From contig MU008237.1 of the NCBI GenBank assembly GCA_010909165.1, positions 1 through 58,024 of the forward strand: 58,024 bases of DNA, in the 5' to 3' direction. The position numbers were made by a program, and so were the translations under genes. Of this stretch, positions 46,900 to 58,024 are shown one piece after another. Source of the stretch: Anthoceros angustus (lineage: Eukaryota; Plantae; Anthocerotophyta). How positions within the stretch are numbered: the first letter of the stretch is position 1; every line of letters begins with the position of its first letter. The notes under the pieces were generated by a model. That model was not told the origin of the DNA and searched no databases. It saw nothing but the letters and a program-made list of their open reading frames with translations.

Positions 46900-49500
46900 C
46901 ATCCCCCATGACCAAGAGAAGAACCGGGGCCTGGAGAGGAGTCCACCACGAAGAAGGCCCGGAGGGATCACTAGGGAGGAGACATTGGTATGCAACGACT
47001 GGGAAAAAGGCATCCTTTGAGAATGCTCCATGATAGGTATGGACAAATCAACAAAGAGCGAGGAGCCAAGAAGACCTTTTAGCCCAGTAGAGTTCCAGGC
47101 GAGGCTGGGACCCAGGCGTCGCCCAATGGTCGGTCAACATGCCTGACCCAATATGGATAGGCGGGTGAGGGCAAGCAGGGCTAAGGTCATTGTCCATTGA
47201 ACATGCTCACCAAGGTGGATCACCTTAGATAACTGCTGGTTCCCCGCACGCCAGGGCAAACGGACCGATTAGCGAATCATCCTCGCCGACTGCCAGGCCG
47301 TGAAGCTACGGAGCGGAGAAGCCGCCTCCGCCTCTTCCTTATCCATGTGGGGCACCTCAACCTCCCAAAGGAGGGAGAGGAGGAGCGGGCGCCTAGTGGG
47401 CCGGGCGGCACTCACCGAGGAGAGTGAAGGGGTGAAGGCGCTGAGGCGGAGGCCCGACCGCCCAAGGCCAAACGGGTCCGGGAGGAAGATGATTGGAGGA
47501 TTCCTGACTCCATTCGACTGAACGGACACCCCGCCGCCCGAGAGGTATGGAGGATATCCCCGCCTCCTTCCGTTCCCGAGAGAGCCGGGCTGCACCGCGG
47601 GTGTGCACCCACGGAAGGAGCCGGAGTCGCGACGCTCGCCACCAAAGAACTCCACAACTCGGCAAATGGAGCCACGGACGAAACTAACAAATAAGAGGTG
47701 GTGGCTCCCACCGACGAGCGCCAAGGAGCACTGCCTCCCCGCCTCGCCTCACGGAGTGGCAAGAGGCGGAGGAGGAGGTGAAGGCGAGCGAGAGGGACGC
47801 GCCTGGCAAGGGGCCACCGCGCAGCCCACATCCGAGCTCCGGGCCCCTGCCTCCGACGGGAGAGGGAAACGCTTAGCCCCGAACTCCTCACCACCTCCGA
47901 GCCCCGTGGAGAAAGAGGGCGAGAAGGAATTAGGCCAAGAGGGCCAAGGAAGGAGAGGCTCTGACCACAAAGACACCGTGACCGAGGGTCCCGATTAGGT
48001 CCGGAGAACCCCCGCACCGCCCGGGATCAAGGTATGGCGGCGGTCCTTGGCGGACCGGGAGATGCCCGCACCCACACGGACTTCTTGGTGCCTCAGCAGT
48101 AGCGGCCTGGGAAGAGACACGGGCGGAGTTTTGGCTACCGCCATGGACGGTATGCTCGGGGTCTCTGGGACGGGCAGAGAAGACCTGTGAGGTGGAGGCA
48201 ACAAGGAGGCGATGGTGCCCTCCGTGAGCGATGGAGGCGCCCAGAGGCGAAGAAGAAGGCGGAATCCCTCGTCGAATTGAGGAGGGGAAGCGCCGGGAGG
48301 CAGAACGGGAGGTCTGGTCCATTCGGCAGACGACAAGGTCCTCTGCCTGTGTGAACATCAAGCACGCAGTGAGGCCCAAGCACGGCAGAGGACCTCCGCA
48401 AGGAGGGGGTAGCGCAAGGTGCTGCAGGAGGCCAGAGGGCAAGCGGAGAGGGCTCGGGACCTGGCTGAGGCGCTAGGCGGGAACAACACCAAGCCGCTGA
48501 GGCCTGTGAAGGCGGCGCGAGGCGGAAGTCAGCTAAACCGACCGTGATCACTACCGGAGGATCGAACGGGGAGACAGGACCGCTGCTAGCTCAAGGCGGA
48601 ACAGAGGCGGAGCAAAGTTAGGGTCACCGGTAGAGGAGAAGGAGGCCAGAATAAGGAGATGGAGGATCTCTGACTGCAAAGTGGAGGAGCAGCAGGAGAG
48701 ATGGAAGATCAGCAGGAAACCTTGAGCCGCAGCCCAAGAGACAATCGAGCCAAGCGGGTTTACGGGCGTGATCGCGATCACGAGCGAGATAGAGCGCTCT
48801 GGGCCGGGTCAAGAGGTGATGGAACAAGGAGCGTGACGCCGCCAGATGGAGAGGAACCTCGATGAAGAATCGGGCTGCCGGATCGAAGGGAGATGGCGAG
48901 CCTGCCGAAAACGGAGGAGCAAGAGCCCGGACGCAGAGAAGAAGCCGGGTCCAGCTATGGAAGGCGGAGGGGAACGCCGCGCCATGGCGGTGTAAGCCGC
49001 GCTGGATCGGAAACGACGGAGCTGAGCAGTGAGCATCCAGCGATTGCAGGAGGTAACAAAGGCCTGTGTGGCTCGCGAGACTCCGCCCGCCCACCGACAA
49101 ACCCGCAGGAGACGGACTGCTGTTTGACAAAGACGCACTCCCAAATCACCTATGGCGTAAGGGGAGTACCGTGCCCAAGATGTGGAAGAGGCAATCCAGC
49201 AATCGACTGGATTTTCTACCACCCCGCCGCCGAGCTCCTCAAGGCATTGGAAGCTTCGCGCCCAGAATCGGACGAACCTCGGGTCTGAAGTGGAGGGGAA
49301 GAAGGGCATGGGGAGACGGGGCCTTGGTGGCCTGCTTTGGCACGGGCGAGAAGAGCCCTGTGAAGAGGAGCAGGACGCGCCAACACAACGGACGGAGGTA
49401 AGACAACAACCAACTGGGGGAGGATAGGGACGAGGGTCCCAAGGAGGTGAGGAAGGAGGAAACCAACCGGATCCGAGCCATGGGGAGGCGCTGGCGAGGA
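46900..49500 (+). mobile_element. Highly decayed Ty3/gypsy pol, copy B
   Basis: Shares blocks with copy A, e.g. ccattg-aac-tgctcaccaaggtggatcacctt (41010 and 47195) and ggccaagagggccaag...gattaggtc-ggagaacc (41670 and 47935). Confidence 0.55.
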
Positions 49501-49949
49501 CTGGACCCCTCAACAAGAGGTGGTGGGTTGGGGTCCGGACTTGAGGACCTGACTGAAGTTCGGACCTCGAGGTCCGAACCCCAGAGATGAGACCGGACTG
49601 GAAGATCGACTGAAATAAGTCCGAACCTCAAGTTCGGACTGAGTCGACCGACCCCGAGGTCCTGACTCGGGAGGTGAGGAGGACCCTCCGACTCATGCAA
49701 GGGGAACACAACAGGTGGCCCTATCGAGGGACCCACCGGGCCAGGAGAGGAAGAGGTGGTGGTTACCGGGGGCCGCACGCCACGAGCCCAACCGGCTGTG
49801 GTCTCGGAAGGGGTCCCACCTCGGATCATCCGATTGGGGCGCCTGCAGCCGTGGCAAGGAGGTCATCGCGCCGAGGCGAACTAAGGGCATCCCTCAGCCC
49901 ACCGCCGACGACGGAGATAGGGGAGGGGCGTAAGACAGGCGGCCGATTA

Positions 49950-51310
49950 GGCACACCGAAATGGCCACCCTTCAATAGGAGTGTAATAAAGACGACGAGT
50001 ATAAGAGAGCCGAGGTCGCCTAGTAAAGCATCTTTCTCTTGGTGTTGATGCTGCCTTCTGCTGCCCTGTGTGCCTTCTCATGGAGTCTCGAGTCATCGAA
50101 AGCAGCCGATGACCCGAGAGATCGATCAAGGTCCCGTGACGGACCCTAACGTGGTGGTGGTGTGCAGGAAGGGCGACCTGGGACCCTTGCTCGCAGCACC
50201 TAGCTGGGCCGACTTCGACCGAACGTGAGCCGAGGGACTCCGGAGGGCGTGTAGAGCCCGGACGGAGAGGCCTGGCAGAGCGGCGGAGGAGGTCCGGACC
50301 GCGCAGCCACCCGCGATTTTCCCCAAGGATAATGAGTGAAGTGTGAATGGTGAGAGGAACGGACCAGAGGGACGAGTGACAAACTTGAATGACACGGACG
50401 CGAACGAGTCCTTAAACGTTTGGCCACGCCGGGCCTGTCCGGTAAATGTTACGGGTAGTTAGTCATAAAACGAGGAATGTGTGGGTGGGGTCTAAAACGG
50501 GCGCTACGTGAGGTGAGAAACGATTGAAACGTGGCCAACGGAGCCTATCATTCTCTTGGGAACGGACCTCCTTACTACAACGACACGGATTGTGCGCCTG
50601 GCGACTTAATGAAAGTCGCGCACATTTTTGGCGCCTGTTAGGAATGAGATCGTCCAGTAGCCCAGTGGGAAGGTAAGTGTGGATGCCGGAGGACGTGAGG
50701 TAGTCAAGAAGACTGTCGAAAGTGAGCCGGACGCCAGACCGCCAGCGCCTCCCGAGCTCAACGTGAGAGCTCGCCGCCAGTAAGCGGTGTAGATTTGTCA
50801 GATCGCGAGGAAGAAGTAGCACAAAGCCAGTGCGCAGAAGTGAGCGGGTTCTCAACCCCTACCGGTCGGCGATGGCAACATCGACCAAGCAAGCGAACTC
50901 TCTCTTTGGAGGTAAGAAGGAGAGGGACGCGGAAACCTTCGTGGAGGATTTCGTGTCTCGCAAACTTCAACGGAGAAGGTCTGGATGCGACTCATCCAAA
51001 TGCTCTGGGGGTCCTTCGGGGAATGGGGCTCACTGGTACCGGGAGGAAGCACCGCCACCCTCAACGCCTCCCGCCATCTTCGGCGATCAAGGATGCCTTC
51101 TTGGAAAGGTTCCGTGGGATTGACCAAGAAGGCTATGTCCTGTCTAAGCTCGAGAATTTGAAGCGAGGCAAGACGGAGAAGTTGGGATCGTACATCGAGC
51201 GGTTCTACGCCCTCCGGGTCCGGCACCCCACCCACACCACCATGCAGGCGTACGTTGGTTCGCAGCTGGCCTACTACATAAGCCGATGCCTGCGTGCAAA
51301 TGTGAACTTG
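49950..51310 (+). mobile_element. Ty3/gypsy LTR end, PBS and truncated gag
   Basis: ...cgcaCA (50624) followed by tttttggcgcc, a PBS-like motif. Gag: FGGKKERDAETFVEDF, then IKDAFLERFRGIDQEGYVLSKLENLKRGKTEKLGSYIERF (Retrotrans_gag-like). The LTR 5' boundary is uncertain. Confidence 0.7.
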
Positions 51311-53279
51311 CCGGGTTAACAGCAGCTGGTGATAGCACAAATGATTCAGACATGACATACTGGTGCACTTTCCACTCACGCCCTCCATATACATGGTGTC
51401 GCGCGTAACATTGCTGTAGTCGGCCGACAAGTCCCGCTTGCTAGACTCCTTGCAGTAAATGGTTGGTTTGCGCTCGAGCGCCAACTTAGTACCCACGCCA
51501 CGCACGCGACTTCATTGCACATAACGGCAGGGAAATCCAATGAGGCAGCGGATATCGCGGTCCGCCACACGGGATAAGAATAACAGCCGCCGCCGCAACT
51601 GATGGATAAGTCACAGTGTCATAAATACATGCATAGAAGAATAAGGTCCACTTAACTACCACCCTTTCACACGACATCAGGGTTTCTAACTTTGGTTAAC
51701 GTGGTCAGCGGTAACCCTAATCTGGTCCAGGGGTTAAGAGTCCCTTATGGTAACGGTGTTCCACTTTCAACCTGTTCAAGCGCACTAAGTAACGCCCACC
51801 CCAGAGAGGCCTCCATCACCGTGTGGGCGTGTGTGAAGGAGGGACCTACGGCGCCTTTGCAAAGAGCGTGTTCCGTGTCAACCGGTGCACAAGGCATCCT
51901 GCAAGGCGAGAACTCCACAATTCCATTCCAAGCCCAGAGTGATGTGATGCAACTTTGTTTTCGTAGCTCACCGGGCGGCCTGTGGCAGGAACGGCGGCGG
52001 ACGACGGAGCAAGAAGGAGGGCGGATGCGGCGGCCACCGACCTCCTCCCCGCAAGAAATCCAGGGAGAAGCGGGCGGCTAGTGCACCGAGGGACTTGGGA
52101 CAGCCATCGTGATGCGATGGAGGTGGTGAGCAAGCCAAGGGTGGCATGCATCGGGCGGCAAGCGAACCGCTAGCTCGACGCCCGCAAGGCAACGGTGGAA
52201 AGAGGGGAGCTGGAGGAGAAGTCAGCAAAAGCCGCGGCCGATTCCTTCGCCTTCACCTACGAGGAGACTGTGATCATTCGGCGTCGAATGCTGGGATGGA
52301 TCCCGCTAACTGCTGAGAAAGATTGGATGGTGACAGTGATGCAGCCGAGGATGAGAACGCTCGGACTCCACTATTGAAATTGTGGATCATGGGTTCTGGG
52401 GAGCATTGCCTAACCAAAGAGCGATGGATGGGTAGTATGGGCGACGGACATGGACGAGAAGAACCTGTTCACGTTGTTTTGCACAACAAGGCCTCGTGGA
52501 GTTTGACGCAGTTGATTCAAGACCCTCAAATGTATAGGGCGTATGAGCTCGGCCTTGGGTTTCATGCTAAGAAATGTGGTCCTCCCGAGCTTGTCGAGGT
52601 ATTTCGAGAAGCAATGCGGCAACCGACAAGCACAGATATGCCATGGACATGTAAATTTTGTTTTGTTGAGTTTGTGTCACCGATGTGCTTTCTCCTCCGA
52701 CGCATCATGTTTGCTTTGCAGCCACCCTGTAGGAAGAGCTCTTATCGTGTGGAAAGGTGCTGACTGTAGCACACAGCGTATTGTCTATGAGGAGAGCGAG
52801 AGCAGCAGAATGAGGATGATGCAGATAGTGCAAGATGCAGATAGTGAATCGGGACCATCCGACGAGGATGATGGCCCGATCCCGATGTGCCGGGTCATTC
52901 AGATGGAGAAGGGTCAGCGACCAAGACGAGGATAGGGATGCAGGACATCAACTTTGCGGACCTTGTTCCCACCCCGCATCGATGCGGATGACACGGGGCG
53001 CCGCCGGCCGGCGCCCGACTCGGATGGGGAAGACTGATGACCCCAAACCCAAACCGGGTTTGTCCGGGGCCTGGGGAGATGGACTAGGCGCCGGCCGGGC
53101 GCTGCCAGGCGGGAAAGAGGAGCCGAAGTGATGTGGTGGAGCGAGGTGGAAACGGAAGAGAGCACCTACGGATGTCTCGCCGCCGCGGACGAGCGAAGGA
53201 TGTGGCGCAGTAGTGGGAAGAAGAAGTCAAGAGAGATGGAGGAAAAGGGGACCATCCGGAAAACATTGCCACTGCTCAT

Positions 53280-55400
53280 GTTCGTATGACGAGGAAAGGC
53301 CGGAGGATGCTATCGAGATGCACTTTGACACGACCGGGACTCTTACTCCAAGAAGGTGGTTCGAAACAGATTAGTGAAGTTGGAGAATTTGAAACCAAAG
53401 ATCCCATATTACACCGTATGCGCAGATAAGGAGAGTGGACGAGGCATGGGCAAATTATTTGGCTCGTGTAATATCGAAGGGAAGGATTGAGGAGGGCGTG
53501 TTACCTCTCCTTTGCATGATCGACCGAGTGTGACAACCTCGAAGTTGGATGGAAAAGGTTCGTGGCGAAGAAATATGTTATGGGCGTTCTTGGTGGGAAC
53601 CATACCTTTGCACCATGAAACATTTGGCGATATATATCTGGGGAAAACACGCCCAATATGTGGAAGCTCATGTGTATTGTGGGTGACGGTATGAAATGCG
53701 ATGCAATGCACACAACACGATGTCGACAAAAGGAAGAAGATGTCCTTCATTGAGCAGGTCGTACTTGAGGGACGAATTGCTTATTGCCAGCGAGATGATG
53801 TCCAGATGACCATGAATTGGAAATTCAACCTATACCGTGTATTGGGCTTGATTGAGGACGACGGAGGTCGGAAGACGATGTTTACAAGCGAATAAGGTGG
53901 ACAATCGGACCCACATCTTATGCAAAGAGGGGAAGGTTTGGGACAACGTGGATCGAATATTTTCAAAATGGGAGGCTGGAGAATTGCCGAGAGAAACATG
54001 TTCTCGCGAACAAGTAAGAAGGGCAAAGGCAAACGGAAGGTACAAGAGGAGGCTAAGGTTGTTGACATGCTTACGTGAAGTCAAGGATATGCTAGCAAAG
54101 CCGTGGAAATCGCTCCAAGGATTCCACGGAGAGTGCGCGGATACTCATCGACGAGAAGGTGTTGACAGTATTATCGACCTAAAAGGTATGGATGAGGAGA
54201 TTACCTTACGGAAGAAGTTTCATGTTATACAAGTGGCCATGGTAAAACACTTGGGCTGCTCATCATTCGAAGAGGTTAGGCTGGAATATCCTTTGCATTC
54301 GACTGACAAAATGATAGCTCGGTTCCAGACGGCATTCGCTGGGAAAGTGTGCCATACTACCCATCGTTTTGTAATTCTCTCATATGTCGTCTGTTACAAA
54401 CCCTAACGTTCTTGCAGGCGCAGGCTGGCCGAGGCCACTTCCACATGTGATGTGGGACCGGAGGCAGGCCGGCCGGCGCCATCTCATCCACTCCATAGAA
54501 CTCTTTGAGGCGCCGCGGGCGCCTCACCATGCCTTTGAGATCTACGGGTGCATAATGTTTCACTGCATGATATGCACTTATCGTTTTGCCCTGCAAAGAA
54601 TTGAAGGATATAGACAACTTGCAGAAAATGCCGGAGGACTTTAAGAATTTCATTTTCGAGATCAATAATTGGAAGAGTTTGGAAGACGAGCAATGACGTG
54701 TATACAGATCTTCATGAAGGGCTGCACATTTTACATTCCTGATCGAGAAGGAGGTTCATTACCAAGTGGAGAAGCGAGATATTTTGGAGATGCGGGCTAC
54801 CTTGGTGAGGAGGTACACCGTTAGTCATGGATGTGAGGCTTTGATATTGGGCCTATGGACAAACGGATGGATGCCACTATGTTGAGTAGCTTTCAGCCAT
54901 GAGAAAACTACAAGCGAAGACTTCCGCATGATTGTCATGCATGGAGTGGAGGAAGCCCACACAAGACGGGAATCGATGCGCAGTGGTGTAAGAAGGGTGG
55001 CCTGGTGTCTTTCGTGGGATAAAACCAATAACATGAGCAATGATAGGGGCGGATTTGAAAGTGGAGTATGTGACCGCTTCGGATGGGGCTTGAAAGATGG
55101 GTGTTCAAAGGATCGAGCTCGATGATGCCGAATGCCATGCATGGCACTTTCAATGGGAGGTCCGTCATAGGCATGACACGGTAAAGAAGGTGTACTTGTC
55201 CCATGACAAGTTGGTGGTATGCCCATACCAAAGGCCTCTTGGGCTGATGATGAAATTGATCAAGACCTTCTCAAAAGAAGGAGACTGGGTGGTGGACGAT
55301 GCTCCTAAGTGGCACAACGGATTAGCACCTTGCTCGTGGAAGAAACCGATCGCCATCGGGCGGACTTACGGTGGCCGGATACATCCCCAACGCATCCACG
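53280..55400 (+). pseudogene. ParB/Srx-like domain plus beta-class N4/N6 DNA amino-methyltransferase, multiply frameshifted
   Basis: ParB-like: QIRRVDEAWANYLARVISKG, YVMGVLGGNHT (53592-53606), AHVYCG..AHN. MTase: LVMDV(..)GFD (54821, motif IV-like), RMIVMH, LSWDKTN, CPYQRPLGLMMKLIKTFSKEGDWVVD (55220-55297, motif X-I), then in shifted frames LLSGTT..LARGRN..IAI. Confidence 0.72.
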
Positions 55401-56199
55401 ACACGAGGTTCTCCCGGATGCTGAAGAAGAGCTTACCTTCGAGCCCCATCGCAAAGGCCCTTCGCAGTTCTGGGCAAAGGAGGTTTGTATAAGTGAAAAG
55501 GATTGTTCAAAGGCCCAAGTTGTTTCTTTGAGTGCCGGAGGATGAAGACCGACAGAATTGTTGGAGGAAGGACAAGAACGCCGGATACCATATGGCAACC
55601 TCCCACGCCGTCGATGTGTCCAAGCGAGGTTAACAACGATGACAACGCTTTGGGTGAGAATGAGCTGACGAAGAAGAACTGGAGCGTATGCGAAACCTAG
55701 CTGTAGTTTTAGATTCGCTCGCTCAGGCCCATTTGAGACCCGAATAGCCCGCATGAGTAACCGGATCCAATGTATTAGGATTCCGACATAAACTTCATTA
55801 TGCCATGTGTCTATCGGTGCCATTTTGCGTGCACATTTAAAACGCCCTCTTCCTTGTCATGGCTTCATCCAGCGCCGCCAGCCGCGCCTGCACCTGTCGC
55901 CGTGTGTATGCCTCAATTGTGTTGTTCATGACTTAGTCGGGCCAAGAATGGTCCATTGTCGAGACCGTGATGGCTTTGGCGTGATTTAGATACCGAGTGA
56001 TTTTCGCCAAAGGGGTTCTCGCAACAGAAAGGGGGTTCGGGAGATATTAACCTCCCACTGTCACTCCATGTTTCTTCCACCGCTATGCTTTTGATCTTGT
56101 GCAACTCTAAGCGCATCCCACTTACACACGAAAACAAGTGTACACGACAACTTGAGGAAATGCTAACATGTCCACCATGCCACCCAAGAAGACATGAGA

Positions 56200-56625
56200 A
56201 AGTGCCCATGTCCAAAATGTGACAGAATGCCAAGATGACTAGCTGCTGTGTCCACAATGTGACATAATAACAATGGCATCGGTAATTGTTAAGATGTCCA
56301 CCGCATGACAACATGACGGCAGGAGAAATGCCCACAGGTGCACAACGTGACATGATGACAGCATGAACAAATGCCCACATGTGCCCAACGTGACATTTTG
56401 ACAGCATGAACAAATGCCCACAAGTGCATAAAGTGACATGATGACAGCATGAACAATTGCCCACAAGTGCACAACGTGACATGATGAGAGCATGAACAGA
56501 TGCCTACAGGTGCACAACGTGACATGATGAGAGCATGAACAGATGCCTAAAGGTGCACAACGTGACACGATGACAGCATGAACAAATGTACAGTATTAAC
56601 GTGACATGATGACAAGATGAACAAT
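56200..56625. repeat. 43-bp tandem array
   Basis: Six clear copies of aatgcccaca(a/g)gtgcacaacgtgacatgatgacagcatgaaca from about 56327, a shorter seventh copy, and degenerate copies upstream. Confidence 0.92.
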
Positions 56626-56939
56626 GCCGCACTTACTTCCACCTGCAGAATACCACACTCCGTGACGCCACCAGATCACCACCCGCCATGCATGACGGAT
56701 CGCACAAAGGAGGACGACATGACAAGCACATACTACATGCATATGACAACATGAGAAGACACCACTAGGTGTTGATGTGCCCAAGGCCCCGCCAAATCGC
56801 ACGTATAGATGCTCAATGCCCATGAGGCCCCTCTCCCTCCCTCCTCCCGTGAAGAATCTCACAATTGAGCTACCGCAAGAGTCTATCTCGAATCCACGTA
56901 AAACACCAAGCTCACAACAGCATAGCTAGCAAGCAGCTT

Positions 56940-58024
56940 GTAAGTGAAGTTTACAAGATCGAGGCTAAGTCCAAAGAAAGAACTTGTCAAGCTTGTTGCC
57001 CTCTATGCAATCAATAAGAGCAAGCCTACATAAATCAAGCTCAAAACCTCATGCAAACGTTATGGATGCGAAACCGTGAACAAACCCTTCCAAATGAGTA
57101 GCTTTATTGGAAACCTGCTTTAGGTCATACCTACTGGGTTTATTAATATTTAATTAATTGCTTCTAGGGCTAGGTAGCCAAAACCTATTACCTTTTCATT
57201 AGGTTAAGCAGTTTATAATAACTTAATAATGTTTTCGCTAGGTCATAGGCTGCCATTTTTCTACACACTTGGTTTATGTACTTTCATTGAACCTTTAACG
57301 ATCACTTCTTTCTCGTATTGCTCCACGTCACCCGCCCTCGGATGATTCTCGCTCATTGCTAAATGTCTTTATGGTATCGAGCCATGGAGCGATCATGCCT
57401 TATGGCAACAAACGCCTCGCTTATGGTCCTATGCACCACCAAATGGAGGCCCCGAAATATAAAAGGCAGCCGCTTCTCAACTCAAGTCATTGCAATCCCT
57501 ATTTCAATCAACTGAATTTGGTGTGCTAATCGCGATTAATGGATGTGTCCAACCACCATGCCCCTGGTGGAATCCACCACATCAAGACCGGACAGAGGGA
57601 CCAGAAGGAGAATTATAGAACCCTTTGAGACAACATTGGCAAGCACTCAAGAAATGGAAGCGTCGCAAGGCACAATAATGTATTTTCTTAAATCAACATG
57701 ACAGGGAGGAAGAAGAACAAACCGCCTTTTATGTACAGTCAGTTATCATGCACTGCCTATTGTCCCAAGCATGCCTTAATTTTCTCTCAGCAGATCAATT
57801 CCCTAGGCCAACACGCCAATTGGCCGTCCATCTCCATTCACCTCACGATGTCTCACATTTCCCCACATGAACTTCGAGACTTGAAATTTCGGATAGCATT
57901 AATAGAGGACCAATCATATCACGATACAACATAGGAAGGACATAGCATGCATTAGTGCACAACCAAGATCTTGAACTTAAATTGCTACAATTAACAGCAA
58001 AATTCGAGCTTTAATTGACGACAT
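56940..58024 (+). mobile_element. Start of another LTR retrotransposon (LTR, iMet PBS, gag remnant), runs off the window
   Basis: tggtatcgagcc at about 57374-57385 is the iMet PBS minus one base. An AT-rich LTR-like block lies upstream and a broken gag-like frame downstream (IMYFLKST; LKFRIALIEDQ). The LTR start is approximate. Confidence 0.5.

Noticed and set aside
47269-49829. Many 130-235 aa ORFs on both strands
   Set aside because: Expected from high GC and stop-codon scarcity in decayed gypsy DNA. They are low-complexity R/G/P/S translations.
52195-52450. YEETV similarity to the protease-like remnant at about 2720 and a possible IVD-GSG protease motif
   Set aside because: The match is too short, and the downstream residues do not follow retropepsin spacing. 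Left unassigned.
53280-55400. Bacterial contamination as the source of the methyltransferase
   Set aside because: It is contiguous with plant LTR-retrotransposon sequence on both sides, has an intron-like segment, and has no operon context. A chimeric contig is not formally excluded.
55913-56568. Cys/His-rich ORFs on the minus strand (metallothionein-like look)
   Set aside because: They are three-frame translations of the 43-bp tandem repeat. A period not divisible by three cycles the same peptides through all frames.

Overview
Plant nuclear DNA, most likely a hornwort, fern or lycophyte. This is inferred from a PLS-PPR protein ending in a DYW:KP domain with a GRP terminus, a type known from lineages with U-to-C organellar editing. 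Small, mostly deletion-type indels break nearly every gene and transposon. Many fall in homopolymers, so frameshifts may be long-read consensus errors rather than true pseudogenisation. Layout: (1) 1-3.4 kb, decayed TE-like coding remnants; (2) about 4.6-7.1 kb, a PPR-E-DYW:KP(GRP) gene that appears to carry an N-terminal OSB-type PDF ssDNA-binding motif; (3) a minisatellite, a tRNA-Leu(CAA) gene and a hairpin-containing repeat array; (4) 9.5-23.2 kb, a tandem segmental duplication whose unit pairs an unrecognised secreted Cys-rich protein (+) with an F-box protein (-), giving two Cys-rich and three F-box copies; (5) 23.3-40 kb, four Ty1/copia elements or fragments, all on the minus strand, one with an LTR split by an inversion; (6) 40-51.3 kb, heavily decayed Ty3/gypsy sequence with accessory ORFs; (7) about 53.3-55.4 kb, a frameshifted gene with ParB/Srx-like and beta-class N4/N6 DNA amino-methyltransferase motifs; (8) a 43-bp tandem array and the start of another LTR element. 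The best leads are the PDF-PPR-DYW:KP fusion, the TE-embedded ParB-methyltransferase and the co-duplicated Cys-rich protein/F-box module. All family assignments come from motif recognition by eye, not database searches.
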